Notes: generated from the sequence alone by a model not told the origin. A stretch of DNA of 64,000 nucleotides from a virus (IMGVR_UViG_3300012286_000299:109277-173276), one strand, 5' to 3'; shown: positions 38,609 to 48,133, counted from the first letter of the stretch. Made by a program: numbers and translations.

Positions 38609-38920
38609 ATGAAAGCCAAAAAAATGACCTTAAGGGATTTAGATGAACTAATTGATTTCTCTGAAAATGAACCTGATCAAATTCATAATCAGACCTACAA
38701 AATGTTAAACCAAGAATGGAATAAGAATAAAAAATTCTCCATAGTTGACTTGTTTGTAGTTGAATTAACTGATGATGATGAAATGGAAGAGGTTATTTTA
38801 ACAGTTCAAGAACATGAATGGGAACGAGCCTTAGAATTAGGATTAGAACATTTTGAATCAGTTGAAAATTATGAAATGTGTGCTAAAGTTAAAAAATTAT
38901 TAGAAACAATTACTTTATAA
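38609..38920 (+). CDS. hypothetical protein with a UVR-like C-terminal motif
   Basis: ENYEMCAKVKKLLETI. Confidence 0.6.
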   Translation: MKAKKMTLRDLDELIDFSENEPDQIHNQTYKMLNQEWNKNKKFSIVDLFVVELTDDDEMEEVILTVQEHEWERALELGLEHFESVENYEMCAKVKKLLETITL

Positions 38921-38952
38921 TATTTATATCATATAATTTAAACTAATATAAA

Positions 38953-39429
38953 ATGAATAACGACTTTAACTTAAAACAATTCCTTACTGAAGGAAAATTA
39001 TTGAAAGAAAGTAAAGAAACTTTTAATACTCCTGAAGATTTAGCTGATTTTCTTAATCAGCATAAAGAAGAATTCTTTAATGAATTTAATACAGATGTTA
39101 TAATGTATGTAGTAGATGCCTTTGGGCCATTTGACGTTGATGGTGAAAATATAGATAACGAATGGGTTGAGGATCACTGGGATCATGAAAATATTAAAAA
39201 TTTTATTAAAAAATATTGGATGAAACCTGAAATGAAATTTGAAGTTGTAGATTTAGATACAGCAGAGGGTAATTTTCCTATAGTAAGTATATCTTGGCCC
39301 GGGTCCGATACTGATGTAGATATGTCAGGATATACATGGTTCCAAAATACTCCTGATACTGATACATCTTTTGGAGGTGATAAAACTGTAAACTTTTTAG
39401 GTAGAAAATTTTGGTATGATTATAATTAA
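38953..39429 (+). CDS. hypothetical acidic protein
   Basis: ORF track. Confidence 0.6.
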   Translation: MNNDFNLKQFLTEGKLLKESKETFNTPEDLADFLNQHKEEFFNEFNTDVIMYVVDAFGPFDVDGENIDNEWVEDHWDHENIKNFIKKYWMKPEMKFEVVDLDTAEGNFPIVSISWPGSDTDVDMSGYTWFQNTPDTDTSFGGDKTVNFLGRKFWYDYN

Positions 39430-39451
39430 ACTAAAATTTACATATAAAAAT

Positions 39452-39482
39452 TTGGCTCCCTAAGGGAGCCTTTGTATATTTA
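39452..39482 (+). promoter_or_regulatory. promoter, TTG-N20-TATATTTA
   Basis: TTG at 39452-39454. The spacer is the hairpin. TTTGTATATTTA core. Precedes ORF 39508. Confidence 0.6.
39454..39470 (+). terminator. hairpin terminator
   Basis: GGCTCCC TAA GGGAGCC followed by TTTG. Confidence 0.6.
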
Positions 39483-39507
39483 ACATTATAAATTTAAAAC
39501 AATAAAA

Positions 39508-39711
39508 ATGAGTTATTTCCAAGTAAACGTGTCTATTATAGACACAAATGACAAAGGTAAACAAACTAAAGTTACCGAACAATACCTAGTTGACGCTGTA
39601 AGTGTAACTGATGCCGAAGTAAAAGTTACTAAAATGTACGAAGACGAAGGTGGAAGCGTTGATTTCCAAGTTAAAAGTGTTAAGGAAACTAAGATCTTAC
39701 AGGTAATTTAA
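39508..39711 (+). CDS. small protein, DUF4494-like (tentative)
   Basis: KVTEQYLVDAVSVTDAEVKV recalls the Bacteroidota DUF4494 core, from memory. Confidence 0.55.
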   Translation: MSYFQVNVSIIDTNDKGKQTKVTEQYLVDAVSVTDAEVKVTKMYEDEGGSVDFQVKSVKETKILQVI

Positions 39712-39747
39712 TACCCGTCCCTATTTATATCCCTCCATATATACGCC

Positions 39748-39951
39748 ATGAAACACCTATTTAAACACAACGACAAACTCTATGTTATCATACGCGATAT
39801 GGCTATGCACAATTTTGAAAACAAAAATGGTAGCATTAACATGGAGGTACTCAAAGCATGGAGGGATCATATGGGGTGCGATCACGTTTTAAGACACAAC
39901 GACCGTTATTTATTAGTACAAACAATACAAGACGCAATAATAGAAGAATAG
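39748..39951 (+). CDS. hypothetical protein
   Basis: ORF track; locally GC-richer. Confidence 0.55.
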   Translation: MKHLFKHNDKLYVIIRDMAMHNFENKNGSINMEVLKAWRDHMGCDHVLRHNDRYLLVQTIQDAIIEE

Positions 39952-39953
39952 TT

Positions 39954-40157
39954 ATGGCAAGTGAATTTATAAATCACATGAAGGGTAAATACCCGGAATT
40001 AGATATAGACACGATTGTTAAATTAGTTAACCAAAATGTTAACAGTATTCAAACTCATACTAAAAATCCTAACAAACAAATATCTGTTCCATTAGGATGT
40101 GACATGAATAAAAATTTGATAATCAAAACTATTTCAGAATATTTAAAAAAAGATTAA
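39954..40157 (+). CDS. hypothetical protein
   Basis: The ORF-track frame 39858 was trimmed to the ATG at 39954 (MASEFINHMKG), right after the upstream stop. Confidence 0.55.
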   Translation: MASEFINHMKGKYPELDIDTIVKLVNQNVNSIQTHTKNPNKQISVPLGCDMNKNLIIKTISEYLKKD

Positions 40158-40158
40158 A

Positions 40159-40410
40159 ATGAAAACAGTAATTAAATACGGAGCAGCATGGTGCGGGCCT
40201 TGTAAGGTTTATGCCCCTAAATTTGCTCAAGCACAAAGTGAAATTTCAGGAGTTAATTTCCAATCAGTAGATGTTGATTCGGGTGATCCAAGAATTGTTG
40301 AACATGGAATTAGAAACGTTCCTACTACAGTGGTAATTGATGAGAATGGAAGCGTTCGTAAACAAACAGGTGTTATGAGTGTAGACCAATTAAGAGCGTT
40401 CATAGGGTAA
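40159..40410 (+). CDS. thioredoxin
   Basis: YGAAWCGPCKVYAPKF active site; 83 aa. Confidence 0.9.
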   Translation: MKTVIKYGAAWCGPCKVYAPKFAQAQSEISGVNFQSVDVDSGDPRIVEHGIRNVPTTVVIDENGSVRKQTGVMSVDQLRAFIG

Positions 40411-40434
40411 TATTTATTACCATACACTAAACTT

Positions 40435-41658
40435 ATGGCTCAATTAAAAGATATATTACCTCAAATACCTAAAGATGAATTAGCGATTTTAAAATCATTA
40501 AATCAGGAATTAGGAAAAGAATTAACAGAAGCAACTGCTAAAGAAACTGCTCAAGCTGTTAAAACAATAATTAAAGGATGGAAAGGTTGGTCACAGGCCA
40601 TGTTAGCAGCAATGCTATTAACACCAAATATATCTAATGCCTTAGAGACATACGCACCTGATACTTTAGATGCAATTAAAACTGAAATATCAGGAGAAAA
40701 ATCAAGTGAAATTAAAGGTAACCCAACTGCTGTTAAAACAGTAGACTTCTCACAAACCTTTTCTTCAGGGCAATCAGAAATTGTTAATAAACAAGTTATA
40801 CTTGAGAAAGTTAATGATTTGAAAAAATGGATAAGTGAAAATAAAACTAAACCATTTAAAATTGTAATCACAGCTAGCGAATCAAGAGTACCAAATCAAG
40901 CAGGATTTGAAGAAGGTGAATTGGCTCAAGCAAGAGGTGAAGCAATTAAAGCCGTAGTTGACAATTTAGGAGCACAAGATGTTGAAATCAAATCATTAGT
41001 AGGTGGACCTGCTTGGGATGGTAAAAACAAAGATGATGTTAAATATACTAAACACCAATACATTAAAGTTAGTATAGTAATTGATACAGAAAGTATCTGT
41101 ACTATGAATAGTATTGATGATACAGGTAAACAAGGTAATTCAACCAACAACTTTAGAACATATGATGAGTATCTAAGTGGAGATGGTAATATAACACTTC
41201 ATACAGGAACAATACCTGATAGAATGATTGTATTGGATGAAAATGATAATATCACACACGATACAGGATATGTAGCAACTGATGAGACTAATGCTCAAAG
41301 TGGGTATCAAGAATGGAATTACGTTCCAATTTATGTTTTAAAATTAACTAAATTGAAATCTAATCAAACTGTAATGGGATCAAATGTAGAAACCATTAAA
41401 GTAACATCTTATGAAGATTTAGTTAACAAAATGTTAAAACCAGGAGCTAAACAAGCTAAAAGTGATACTGTAGATAAAGCATTAGAAGAGTTAAAATCAA
41501 TGGTTGAAAGTGGGGTTAAAGAATTTGTTATTTATAAAGTAGGAACAGGTGATTTAAAAGTCGAGTTCATGAATAATAAAGGAGATACTAAAGTGCAAAT
41601 ATTCTCACCCGTTGGTAAAACAGGGTTCAGTTTAAAAGGACAATGTACTAGAATATAA
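40435..41658 (+). CDS. hypothetical 407-aa protein (weak OmpA-C-like middle segment)
   Basis: ORF track. KIVITASESRVPNQ...LAQARGEAIKAVVDNLG is only suggestive. Confidence 0.6.
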   Translation: MAQLKDILPQIPKDELAILKSLNQELGKELTEATAKETAQAVKTIIKGWKGWSQAMLAAMLLTPNISNALETYAPDTLDAIKTEISGEKSSEIKGNPTAVKTVDFSQTFSSGQSEIVNKQVILEKVNDLKKWISENKTKPFKIVITASESRVPNQAGFEEGELAQARGEAIKAVVDNLGAQDVEIKSLVGGPAWDGKNKDDVKYTKHQYIKVSIVIDTESICTMNSIDDTGKQGNSTNNFRTYDEYLSGDGNITLHTGTIPDRMIVLDENDNITHDTGYVATDETNAQSGYQEWNYVPIYVLKLTKLKSNQTVMGSNVETIKVTSYEDLVNKMLKPGAKQAKSDTVDKALEELKSMVESGVKEFVIYKVGTGDLKVEFMNNKGDTKVQIFSPVGKTGFSLKGQCTRI

Positions 41659-41662
41659 AAAG

Positions 41663-41682
41663 AGGCTTGTTAATTCAAGCCT
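41663..41682 (+). terminator. hairpin terminator
   Basis: AGGCTTG TTAATT CAAGCCT followed by TTCTT. Confidence 0.7.
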
Positions 41683-41697
41683 TTCTTCGTATATTAT
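41667..41697 (+). promoter_or_regulatory. promoter, TTG-N20-TATATTAT
   Basis: The -33 TTG is part of the terminator's 5' arm. TTCGTATATT core. Precedes ORF 41719. Confidence 0.65.
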
Positions 41698-41718
41698 ATC
41701 AAATTAAAATAATAAGTT

Positions 41719-42327
41719 ATGGAAGTTAAAATCTACAGAGAGCCTGAAAATGAAGCTCTAATATTGGATGAAGAACAATTAGCAGAATATCATGAATTAA
41801 CTGCTGAGTTGGGTCTTCAAGTTGTTGATCAGCAAGAACAAAAAGTACCAAACGTTTATACATTTCTAAACTCTGCTATGACTAAACAATTACATGCTAT
41901 ATGTCCTAGACATTTAAAAGTGGAAGAGTATAAAAAATCTACTATACCTGTAGAGGTATTGAAAGTGTTAAAGTTTGCTAAAGAACAAAACATGTATGAA
42001 GGTTATGAAATTTGGTATAATGATGTTGAACCAGATCCACTGTTAATTGGATGGAATTATTCAAATGATAGAGCTAGAGAAAACAATTATGATTGGCAAA
42101 AAGATAGATTCTTAATGGCTCGTTGGGGTGATTGCGCTATGGAATTACCTGAATTACTACAAGTAGGATTTGATAAGTTAAAACAAGAATTAATTGATAA
42201 AGCTAAACAAGCCATATCAACTTGCAAATCAGTAATAGAAGACCCTGACATGTATGTTAGAAAAGTGTTGAGTGATCAATCTGCTAACATCGATTTAACT
42301 ACTACTTCATCAAACACAATTTATTAA
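41719..42327 (+). CDS. hypothetical protein
   Basis: ORF track. Confidence 0.6.
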   Translation: MEVKIYREPENEALILDEEQLAEYHELTAELGLQVVDQQEQKVPNVYTFLNSAMTKQLHAICPRHLKVEEYKKSTIPVEVLKVLKFAKEQNMYEGYEIWYNDVEPDPLLIGWNYSNDRARENNYDWQKDRFLMARWGDCAMELPELLQVGFDKLKQELIDKAKQAISTCKSVIEDPDMYVRKVLSDQSANIDLTTTSSNTIY

Positions 42328-42328
42328 T

Positions 42329-42925
42329 ATGAAATTCAAATCACAACAAGCTTTTAATTATCACGAATTAAAAGGGTTATATCCTTACATTAAAGGTACA
42401 AAAGGTTTTATAGCAGGAGGATGCTTCAAAGACATATTTGCAGGTAACAAAGCTAGAGACATTGATGTTTTCTTTGAAAATGAAAGCGACTATAAAAAGG
42501 CTGTAAAACTTTATAAAACCAAAAATAATTTTAAGAAAATATACTCAAACGACAACTGTACAGGGTATAGAGATCTTAAAAACAATGTTGGAGTTGAATT
42601 AGTTAAATCAATATTTGGAACACCTGAAGCGGTGTTGGAGCAATTCGATTTTACTATTGTAAAAGCAGCTTACTATAACCCACCTACAGACGAGCAAGAA
42701 ATTCAATTCATATTTCACCCTGACTTTTTTGAGCATTTGCTTCTTAAAAGATTAGTTTTAGATGATGCTATACCTAGAGCTGTAGCAACACTTAACAGAA
42801 GTTGGAAATATGCTGCTTATGGATTTGGGTTGTGTAGAGAAAGTAAAGTTAAATTATCAAATGAGATTATCAACAAAGGAGTTGTTGATGACATTAATGG
42901 AGATTTATATTTTGGATATGACTAA
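42329..42925 (+). CDS. divergent class-II nucleotidyltransferase (CCA/poly(A)-polymerase head-domain-like)
   Basis: AGGCFKDIFAGNKARDIDVFF (GGxxxD...DxD) and QFDFTIVKAAY (compare RRDFTINA). Confidence 0.55.
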   Translation: MKFKSQQAFNYHELKGLYPYIKGTKGFIAGGCFKDIFAGNKARDIDVFFENESDYKKAVKLYKTKNNFKKIYSNDNCTGYRDLKNNVGVELVKSIFGTPEAVLEQFDFTIVKAAYYNPPTDEQEIQFIFHPDFFEHLLLKRLVLDDAIPRAVATLNRSWKYAAYGFGLCRESKVKLSNEIINKGVVDDINGDLYFGYD

Positions 42926-43403
42926 TAAAATATATAGAATGTATGGGTTAGTTCCATACAATATTAGCCCAATTCAGCAAGCTATTCAATATGGACATGC
43001 AGTTGTTGAGTATTTGAACAGTTATTTTAATGAACCTGACTGTACTGAGTGGAGATTGAATGATAAAACATTTATTATCTTAAATGGGGGTACAACTAAC
43101 AAATCATATTCAGAGTTTGGTACATTAAATAAACATCAACAGACGTTAAAATTTGCTGGAGTACGTAATGCTAGTTTTTTTGAACCTGATTTAGGAAATC
43201 AATTAACAGCAGTTGTCTTCTTGGTTGATGAAAGAGTTTATGATAAAAAGATGTGGCCTGATTATAATGGGTTATGTTACATGGATGGAACACCTGATGA
43301 AACAGAGTATTATACTTGGAAAATGCAATTTGCTGAAACTGAAGAAGAAGTAAACCAAATATTATTTTTAAGAGATTTCTTAAAACAATTTAGATTGGCT
43401 TAA
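42918..43403 (+). CDS. PTH2-like (peptidyl-tRNA hydrolase 2 fold) protein, tentative
   Basis: The track frame 42810 was trimmed to the ATG at 42918. SPIQQAIQYGHAV and FFEPDLGNQLTAVVFLV resemble PTH2 blocks. Confidence 0.4.
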   Translation: MTNKIYRMYGLVPYNISPIQQAIQYGHAVVEYLNSYFNEPDCTEWRLNDKTFIILNGGTTNKSYSEFGTLNKHQQTLKFAGVRNASFFEPDLGNQLTAVVFLVDERVYDKKMWPDYNGLCYMDGTPDETEYYTWKMQFAETEEEVNQILFLRDFLKQFRLA

Positions 43404-43425
43404 CTAAAAATTCTTCGTATATTAA
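43395..43425 (+). promoter_or_regulatory. promoter, TTG-N20-TATATTAA
   Basis: TTG at 43395-43397 and a TTCGTATATT core. Precedes ORF 43443. Confidence 0.65.
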
Positions 43426-43442
43426 ATCAAAATTAAAAGGTT

Positions 43443-44180
43443 ATGCCAAAATTATTTAAAGTAGGAGGATGTGTTAGAGATAGGTTGCTAGGAGTAAAGA
43501 CAAAAGATATTGACTTTGTATTTGTTCTAGATGATCTAAACAAAACAGTTGAAGAAGGATTTCAAGAGATGAAATCTTGGATGGAGAATGAAGGATTTAC
43601 AATATTCCTATCAGTCCCTGAAATGTACACAATCAGAGCTAAATTCCCACCTGACCATAAATTCGCTAAATTAGATGCTGACTTTGTAATGGCTCGTAAA
43701 GAAACTGGTTATGAAGAAGGAACAAGACGTCCTGTTTTAGAATTAGGAACTCTTGAAGATGATTTGGTTCGTAGAGACTTCACAGTTAATGCTATGGCTG
43801 AGGATGAGGATGGAAACATTATTGATATGTTCAATGGATTAGAAGATTTAGATTTTATGTTACTTCGTACTCCATTAGATCCAAAAGATACATTCATGGA
43901 TGATCCTTTGAGAATCTTACGTGCATTGAGATTTGTAATTACAAAAGGATTTACAATGTACGTAGATGTTTGGGAAGCAATACAACAACCACACATCCTA
44001 GCCAAACTAACTCAAACTGTAAGCAGTGAGAGAATAAGAGAAGAGGTATTAAAGATGATGGCTGTAGATACTCCAAGAACAATTCGATTGTTAATAGATA
44101 TTGATAATGAAGTGCCAGGATTTTTAGAAGTAGTATTCAAAGAAGGATTGTGGTTAAAACCAACATTTGAAAAAATATAG
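43443..44180 (+). CDS. cca: tRNA nucleotidyltransferase (CCA-adding enzyme family), short form
   Basis: GGCVRDRLLGVKTKDIDFVF, RRDFTVNAMA, DPLRILRALRF. Confidence 0.88.
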   Translation: MPKLFKVGGCVRDRLLGVKTKDIDFVFVLDDLNKTVEEGFQEMKSWMENEGFTIFLSVPEMYTIRAKFPPDHKFAKLDADFVMARKETGYEEGTRRPVLELGTLEDDLVRRDFTVNAMAEDEDGNIIDMFNGLEDLDFMLLRTPLDPKDTFMDDPLRILRALRFVITKGFTMYVDVWEAIQQPHILAKLTQTVSSERIREEVLKMMAVDTPRTIRLLIDIDNEVPGFLEVVFKEGLWLKPTFEKI

Positions 44181-44182
44181 TT

Positions 44183-44404
44183 ATGGAGAATTTTAGATTA
44201 CAAGCACTAGAAAGACGTGCTGAGGAACTAGTATTGGAATTAAGGGAACAAGGATTAATCAATCCAGATTTTGAATTGATCGGAGCAATAATATTTAATA
44301 AGTATAAGGGCTCTGAAGATAGGTTTAATGACCTTATTGGTAATATTGTAGAATTGAGAAAAGAAGCAGAAGACTTCCTTAAAAAACTAAAAGATGATAA
44401 ATAA
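44183..44404 (+). CDS. small coiled-coil protein
   Basis: ORF track. Confidence 0.55.
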   Translation: MENFRLQALERRAEELVLELREQGLINPDFELIGAIIFNKYKGSEDRFNDLIGNIVELRKEAEDFLKKLKDDK

Positions 44405-44996
44405 TATAGAACAAATAAAAGGATTGCTTCATTTTGAAGCACCAGGTGATTTTTATATGTTATACGTTTTTAAACGTAAGAAAGATCAGCCTGAAGGTGA
44501 AAGAGATAATCATCAATCAGTACGAACAATTAAGACATACTGTATTGAAAGTATCGATCACTTGGAAAGACGTTATGATGAGATCATACAACTGTGTGAA
44601 ATGTTTAAAGCAAGAGCTTATATTCACGTACAGAAACAGAACCATGCAGATGTATCATTGGAAATGATGATGGCACTTGCTCAACGTATTAAGAACGGAC
44701 AGCCAAATCAAAAAGGTTTATTCGATTCTGTTGTAGGTCAAATCAAGACTCAAGAAAAGAGATGGATTGTTGACATTGATACAAAAGATTTTGACTATGT
44801 GAAGAATGTACATGACTTTATCAATACTTTACAACCTGCAGGGCATAAAACTGAAGCTATTGTACCTACTAAGAATGGTTGTCATTTAATTACTTGTAAG
44901 TTTAATGTAATGGAATTTGCAAAACAATTCCCGGATGTTGATATACAGAAAAAGAATCCAACTTTATTATACTATCCTGATAGTTTGGATTTTTAA
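44394..44996 (+). CDS. hypothetical protein (WIVDIDTKD ... VPTKNGCHLI; a faint AEP/prim-pol-like pattern, unverified)
   Basis: ORF track; motif resemblance only. Confidence 0.55.
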   Translation: MINNIEQIKGLLHFEAPGDFYMLYVFKRKKDQPEGERDNHQSVRTIKTYCIESIDHLERRYDEIIQLCEMFKARAYIHVQKQNHADVSLEMMMALAQRIKNGQPNQKGLFDSVVGQIKTQEKRWIVDIDTKDFDYVKNVHDFINTLQPAGHKTEAIVPTKNGCHLITCKFNVMEFAKQFPDVDIQKKNPTLLYYPDSLDF

Positions 44997-45015
44997 ATTA
45001 AACTTCGTATATTTA
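44985..45015 (+). promoter_or_regulatory. promoter, TTG-N20-TATATTTA
   Basis: TTG at 44985-44987 (inside the 3' end of ORF 44394) and a TTCGTATATTTA core. Precedes ORF 45038. Confidence 0.65.
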
Positions 45016-45037
45016 ATCAAATAAAAAGATAAAGGTT

Positions 45038-45490
45038 ATGAAATTAAAAGAAAAGTTATTTGCTGACTTCATCACAGCAATGAAAGCTAAAGATGAAGTA
45101 GCTAAATCTGCCTTAAGTAGTGTTAAAGCCAAAATTATTGAAGCTGAAAAAGCAGCTGGTAATTGGGAACCTACAGATAGTGAAGTGTTAAAGATTATAA
45201 TCAAAGCTATTAAACAACGTGAAGAATCACAAGCTATATTTTTTAGTTCAGGCAGGATTCAACTTTCAATAGACGAAGCCAATGAAGCATCTGTACTGAG
45301 AAATTATTTACCCCAACAAATGACTGAAGTTGAAATTGAAAATGCAATACGCACAATTTCATCTGATATAATTGGTGTTGTTAATAATATGCAGGCCCTG
45401 AAAGGTAAAGTTATTGGTGAATTCAATAAACAATATAATGGGCAAGCTGATATAAATTTGGTAAAGCAAATTGTAGAGCGTATATTATGA
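45038..45490 (+). CDS. GatB/YqeY-domain protein
   Basis: LKEKLFADFITAMKAKDEVAKSALSSVKAKI ... LRNYLPQQMTEVEIENAI ... NLVKQIVERIL. Confidence 0.75.
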   Translation: MKLKEKLFADFITAMKAKDEVAKSALSSVKAKIIEAEKAAGNWEPTDSEVLKIIIKAIKQREESQAIFFSSGRIQLSIDEANEASVLRNYLPQQMTEVEIENAIRTISSDIIGVVNNMQALKGKVIGEFNKQYNGQADINLVKQIVERIL

Positions 45491-45666
45491 AAACAGTTTT
45501 AAGATTAATAAGTCGTGAGGGTAGTGACTTCATTGAAGTCCCAAACCCTTATAATATGACTCCAAGAAAAGACGATAATTTCGTTTGGAAAGAAAAATGT
45601 TATGTAGTTGATTGGGTTGAGTTTGATTTTGACACAAACACACTTTATATAATTTCAGTAAAATAA
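45487..45666 (+). CDS. hypothetical 59-aa protein (below cutoff)
   Basis: ATGA coupling to the YqeY-like ORF. Fills the gap before the ligase gene. Confidence 0.5.
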   Translation: MKTVLRLISREGSDFIEVPNPYNMTPRKDDNFVWKEKCYVVDWVEFDFDTNTLYIISVK

Positions 45667-45668
45667 TT

Positions 45669-46790
45669 ATGACAAAATTTCCAGCGTTGTATAAACGTTC
45701 AAACAGTAAAGACCACATTAATGAGTGGCAAATCGAAGTTGATGGTTGTATGTTTAGAACTACAACTGGGTTTGTAGGTATGAAAATGTTTACAGGCGAT
45801 TGGACAGTATGTTCTCCTAAAAATATTGGGAAGAAAAACGGAACCACTGCAGAACAACAAGCATTAGCTGAAGCTCAAGCGCTATGGCAAAAACGTAAAG
45901 ATTTAGGTTATTGGGAGGACGTTAATGACTGTGATAAGAAAGTATTCTTCCAACCTATGTTGGCACAAGACTATGATAAACGTAAAGGTAAAATCAAATA
46001 CCCTATCTTATCACAACCTAAATTAGATGGTGTTAGATGTGTCATTAAATCAGACGGAATGTGGTCTCGTAATGGTAAAGAAATTATATCTGCACCACAT
46101 ATATTTGAGAATCTAAAGCATATCTTCGAGAGTCAACCTGACCTAGTGTTAGACGGTGAGTTATATACTTCAGATAGGAGCGTTGATTTTAACACAATTA
46201 TTTCATGTGTTAGAAAGACAAAACCAACACAAGATGATTTAGATATGTCACAACAATACATAGAGTATTGGATGTATGATATAGTAAATGATAAGGATCA
46301 AGGTTATGAAGAGCGATATGAAGATTTAATTGACTTGATGTTGAATTACAAATTAGATACTTTATTGTTTCATGTAGTAGCTACTTATGAACTGCCTGAT
46401 GAAAAACACGTTATTGACCAGTTAAGTCATTACCTTGAACAAGGTTTTGAAGGGCAAATACTACGTGAATGTAATTCGTTTTATGAAAATAAACGCTCAA
46501 ATGGTTTATTAAAGCATAAAATATTTCATGATGAAGAATTTAAAATTCTAGCTATCAATGAAGGTGTAGGTAAATTTGCTAATAAAGCTGCTACAATGTC
46601 GTTTCAAACATCAATTGGTGTTAAATTTGATGCTACTATTAATGGTACTATGGCTTATTTAGAAGAAATTTGGGCTAATAAAGACAATTTAATAGGTAAG
46701 TTAGCAACTGTTAAGTATTTTGAAGAAACTACTGATGGTTCACTACGTTTTCCTAAAGTAATTAATATTGATAGAGCTAGTTATGAATAA
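45669..46790 (+). CDS. ATP-dependent DNA ligase
   Basis: Motif I KLDGVR, motif III VLDGELY, motif IV EGQILR, motif V LLKHK, motif VI-like LRFPKV. Confidence 0.88.
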   Translation: MTKFPALYKRSNSKDHINEWQIEVDGCMFRTTTGFVGMKMFTGDWTVCSPKNIGKKNGTTAEQQALAEAQALWQKRKDLGYWEDVNDCDKKVFFQPMLAQDYDKRKGKIKYPILSQPKLDGVRCVIKSDGMWSRNGKEIISAPHIFENLKHIFESQPDLVLDGELYTSDRSVDFNTIISCVRKTKPTQDDLDMSQQYIEYWMYDIVNDKDQGYEERYEDLIDLMLNYKLDTLLFHVVATYELPDEKHVIDQLSHYLEQGFEGQILRECNSFYENKRSNGLLKHKIFHDEEFKILAINEGVGKFANKAATMSFQTSIGVKFDATINGTMAYLEEIWANKDNLIGKLATVKYFEETTDGSLRFPKVINIDRASYE

Positions 46791-47163
46791 GTTTATATTA
46801 ACAATATTATTAATGAGCAGTATGTTGTGTACTGCTCAGTTTTTTAACAGTGATTTAGATAGAAGATATTTTTATCATTGGGAATCAGTTAATCCACAAC
46901 AGAATGATATGGAAATTATTATTCATAGAGAAAGTGGTAAAGCTAGGGTAACTGAAATTAAATTTGAGAAAGAAGGTAAATTAGGACAAGCTGTTGTTTA
47001 TACTACAGTTTATGTTTGTAAAAATAGAAAAGGTAAAATGGTAGTTGAAACTATTGATCCATCTACATTACAAATCATAGATAGTGAGTATATTCTCACT
47101 AAGGATAAAAAGTTATTGAGAATAACACAAAACGATACTATTACATTTCAAAGGCGATATTAA
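46783..47163 (+). CDS. secreted protein
   Basis: The track frame was trimmed to the ATG at 46783. Signal peptide MNKFILTILLMSSMLCTAQ. Confidence 0.6.
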   Translation: MNKFILTILLMSSMLCTAQFFNSDLDRRYFYHWESVNPQQNDMEIIIHRESGKARVTEIKFEKEGKLGQAVVYTTVYVCKNRKGKMVVETIDPSTLQIIDSEYILTKDKKLLRITQNDTITFQRRY

Positions 47164-47433
47164 ATGGAAAAAACAGGTAATACTGAGAAACTCAAATACA
47201 CATTTGAAACTGCAGCTAATTTAGAAGTGTTTATGCCTAATTTAAACGATTGGTATAGAGTTACAGCAAGAGAATTTCGCTCATTTAATGGAAAAAGACG
47301 TATAAACAACGTTGAGTATAATGGTGATATATACTTGTATGGAACCAATAAATTAATCGATTTAAACACAGAGATTCAAGGGAAAATAGCAGGTTATAGT
47401 TGGGTTTCTAAAAGAAGAGCAGGAGAGGATTAG
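47164..47433 (+). CDS. hypothetical protein
   Basis: ORF track. Confidence 0.6.
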   Translation: MEKTGNTEKLKYTFETAANLEVFMPNLNDWYRVTAREFRSFNGKRRINNVEYNGDIYLYGTNKLIDLNTEIQGKIAGYSWVSKRRAGED

Positions 47434-47461
47434 AATTATTAAAACTTTCTTCGTATATTTA
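47431..47461 (+). promoter_or_regulatory. promoter core TTCGTATATTTA (TAG replaces TTG at -33)
   Basis: Core at 47450-47461. Precedes ORF 47485. Confidence 0.55.
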
Positions 47462-47484
47462 AGTATAATTTTAAAAATAAAATA

Positions 47485-47679
47485 ATGTTAGAAAAAATTG
47501 GAACAGTTATTGGATTATTAGTTGTAGTAGCAGTATTATTGGCTTGGCCAGTCCAGTTACTATGGAATGGTTGTTTAGTTGGAGCAGTTGATGGAGTACA
47601 TCCAATTGGCTTTTGGCAAGCAATGGGGTTAAATTTCTTGTTTGGTATGTTATTTAAATCATCTAGTTCAAGTAAGTAA
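47485..47679 (+). CDS. small membrane protein
   Basis: ORF track; two hydrophobic helices. Confidence 0.6.
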   Translation: MLEKIGTVIGLLVVVAVLLAWPVQLLWNGCLVGAVDGVHPIGFWQAMGLNFLFGMLFKSSSSSK

Positions 47680-47897
47680 TGAGTGGTAAAATAACAAAAA
47701 TTCAGGAAAAAGTACCTCAAGAGACTACACTACCTGATGGAACATATACCGGAACGTGGGGTGGATACACCATTGACGTTAGGTACAAGGACAAGTCTTA
47801 TGAACTTACTACTGAAGAAGGAGTAAGAGGAATGGGATTCAAAGTAGTAGTTCATATTGTGGACGGAGTAGCAACATTCACATCAACAAATAATTAA
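47679..47897 (+). CDS. hypothetical protein
   Basis: ORF track; TAATG coupling. Confidence 0.6.
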   Translation: MSGKITKIQEKVPQETTLPDGTYTGTWGGYTIDVRYKDKSYELTTEEGVRGMGFKVVVHIVDGVATFTSTNN

Positions 47898-47899
47898 TT

Positions 47900-48133
47900 A
47901 TGAAGATATCAACAGGATGGAAAATAATATTATATGCTTTTGCAGTAATATTACTAATACAGGGTTTGGATTTATCATATTATTTGATGAATCAAAAAGA
48001 TAGTTACTTAGCTAACTTAGGGATAATAGCCTTAGTAGCAAATATTGCAGCTATAGGATATTGTTTAGTGCAAATAGTAACAAATGCTTTACAACACATT
48101 AAAGAACAAATTAAAAAAGAAGAACAGCCATGA
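47900..48133 (+). CDS. small membrane protein
   Basis: ORF track; two TM segments. Confidence 0.6.
   Translation: MKISTGWKIILYAFAVILLIQGLDLSYYLMNQKDSYLANLGIIALVANIAAIGYCLVQIVTNALQHIKEQIKKEEQP

Noticed and set aside
40435-41658. An OmpA-family peptidoglycan-binding assignment for the 407-aa ORF.
   Set aside because: Only a short, loose resemblance (…LAQARGEAIKAVVDNLG), so the ORF is left as hypothetical.
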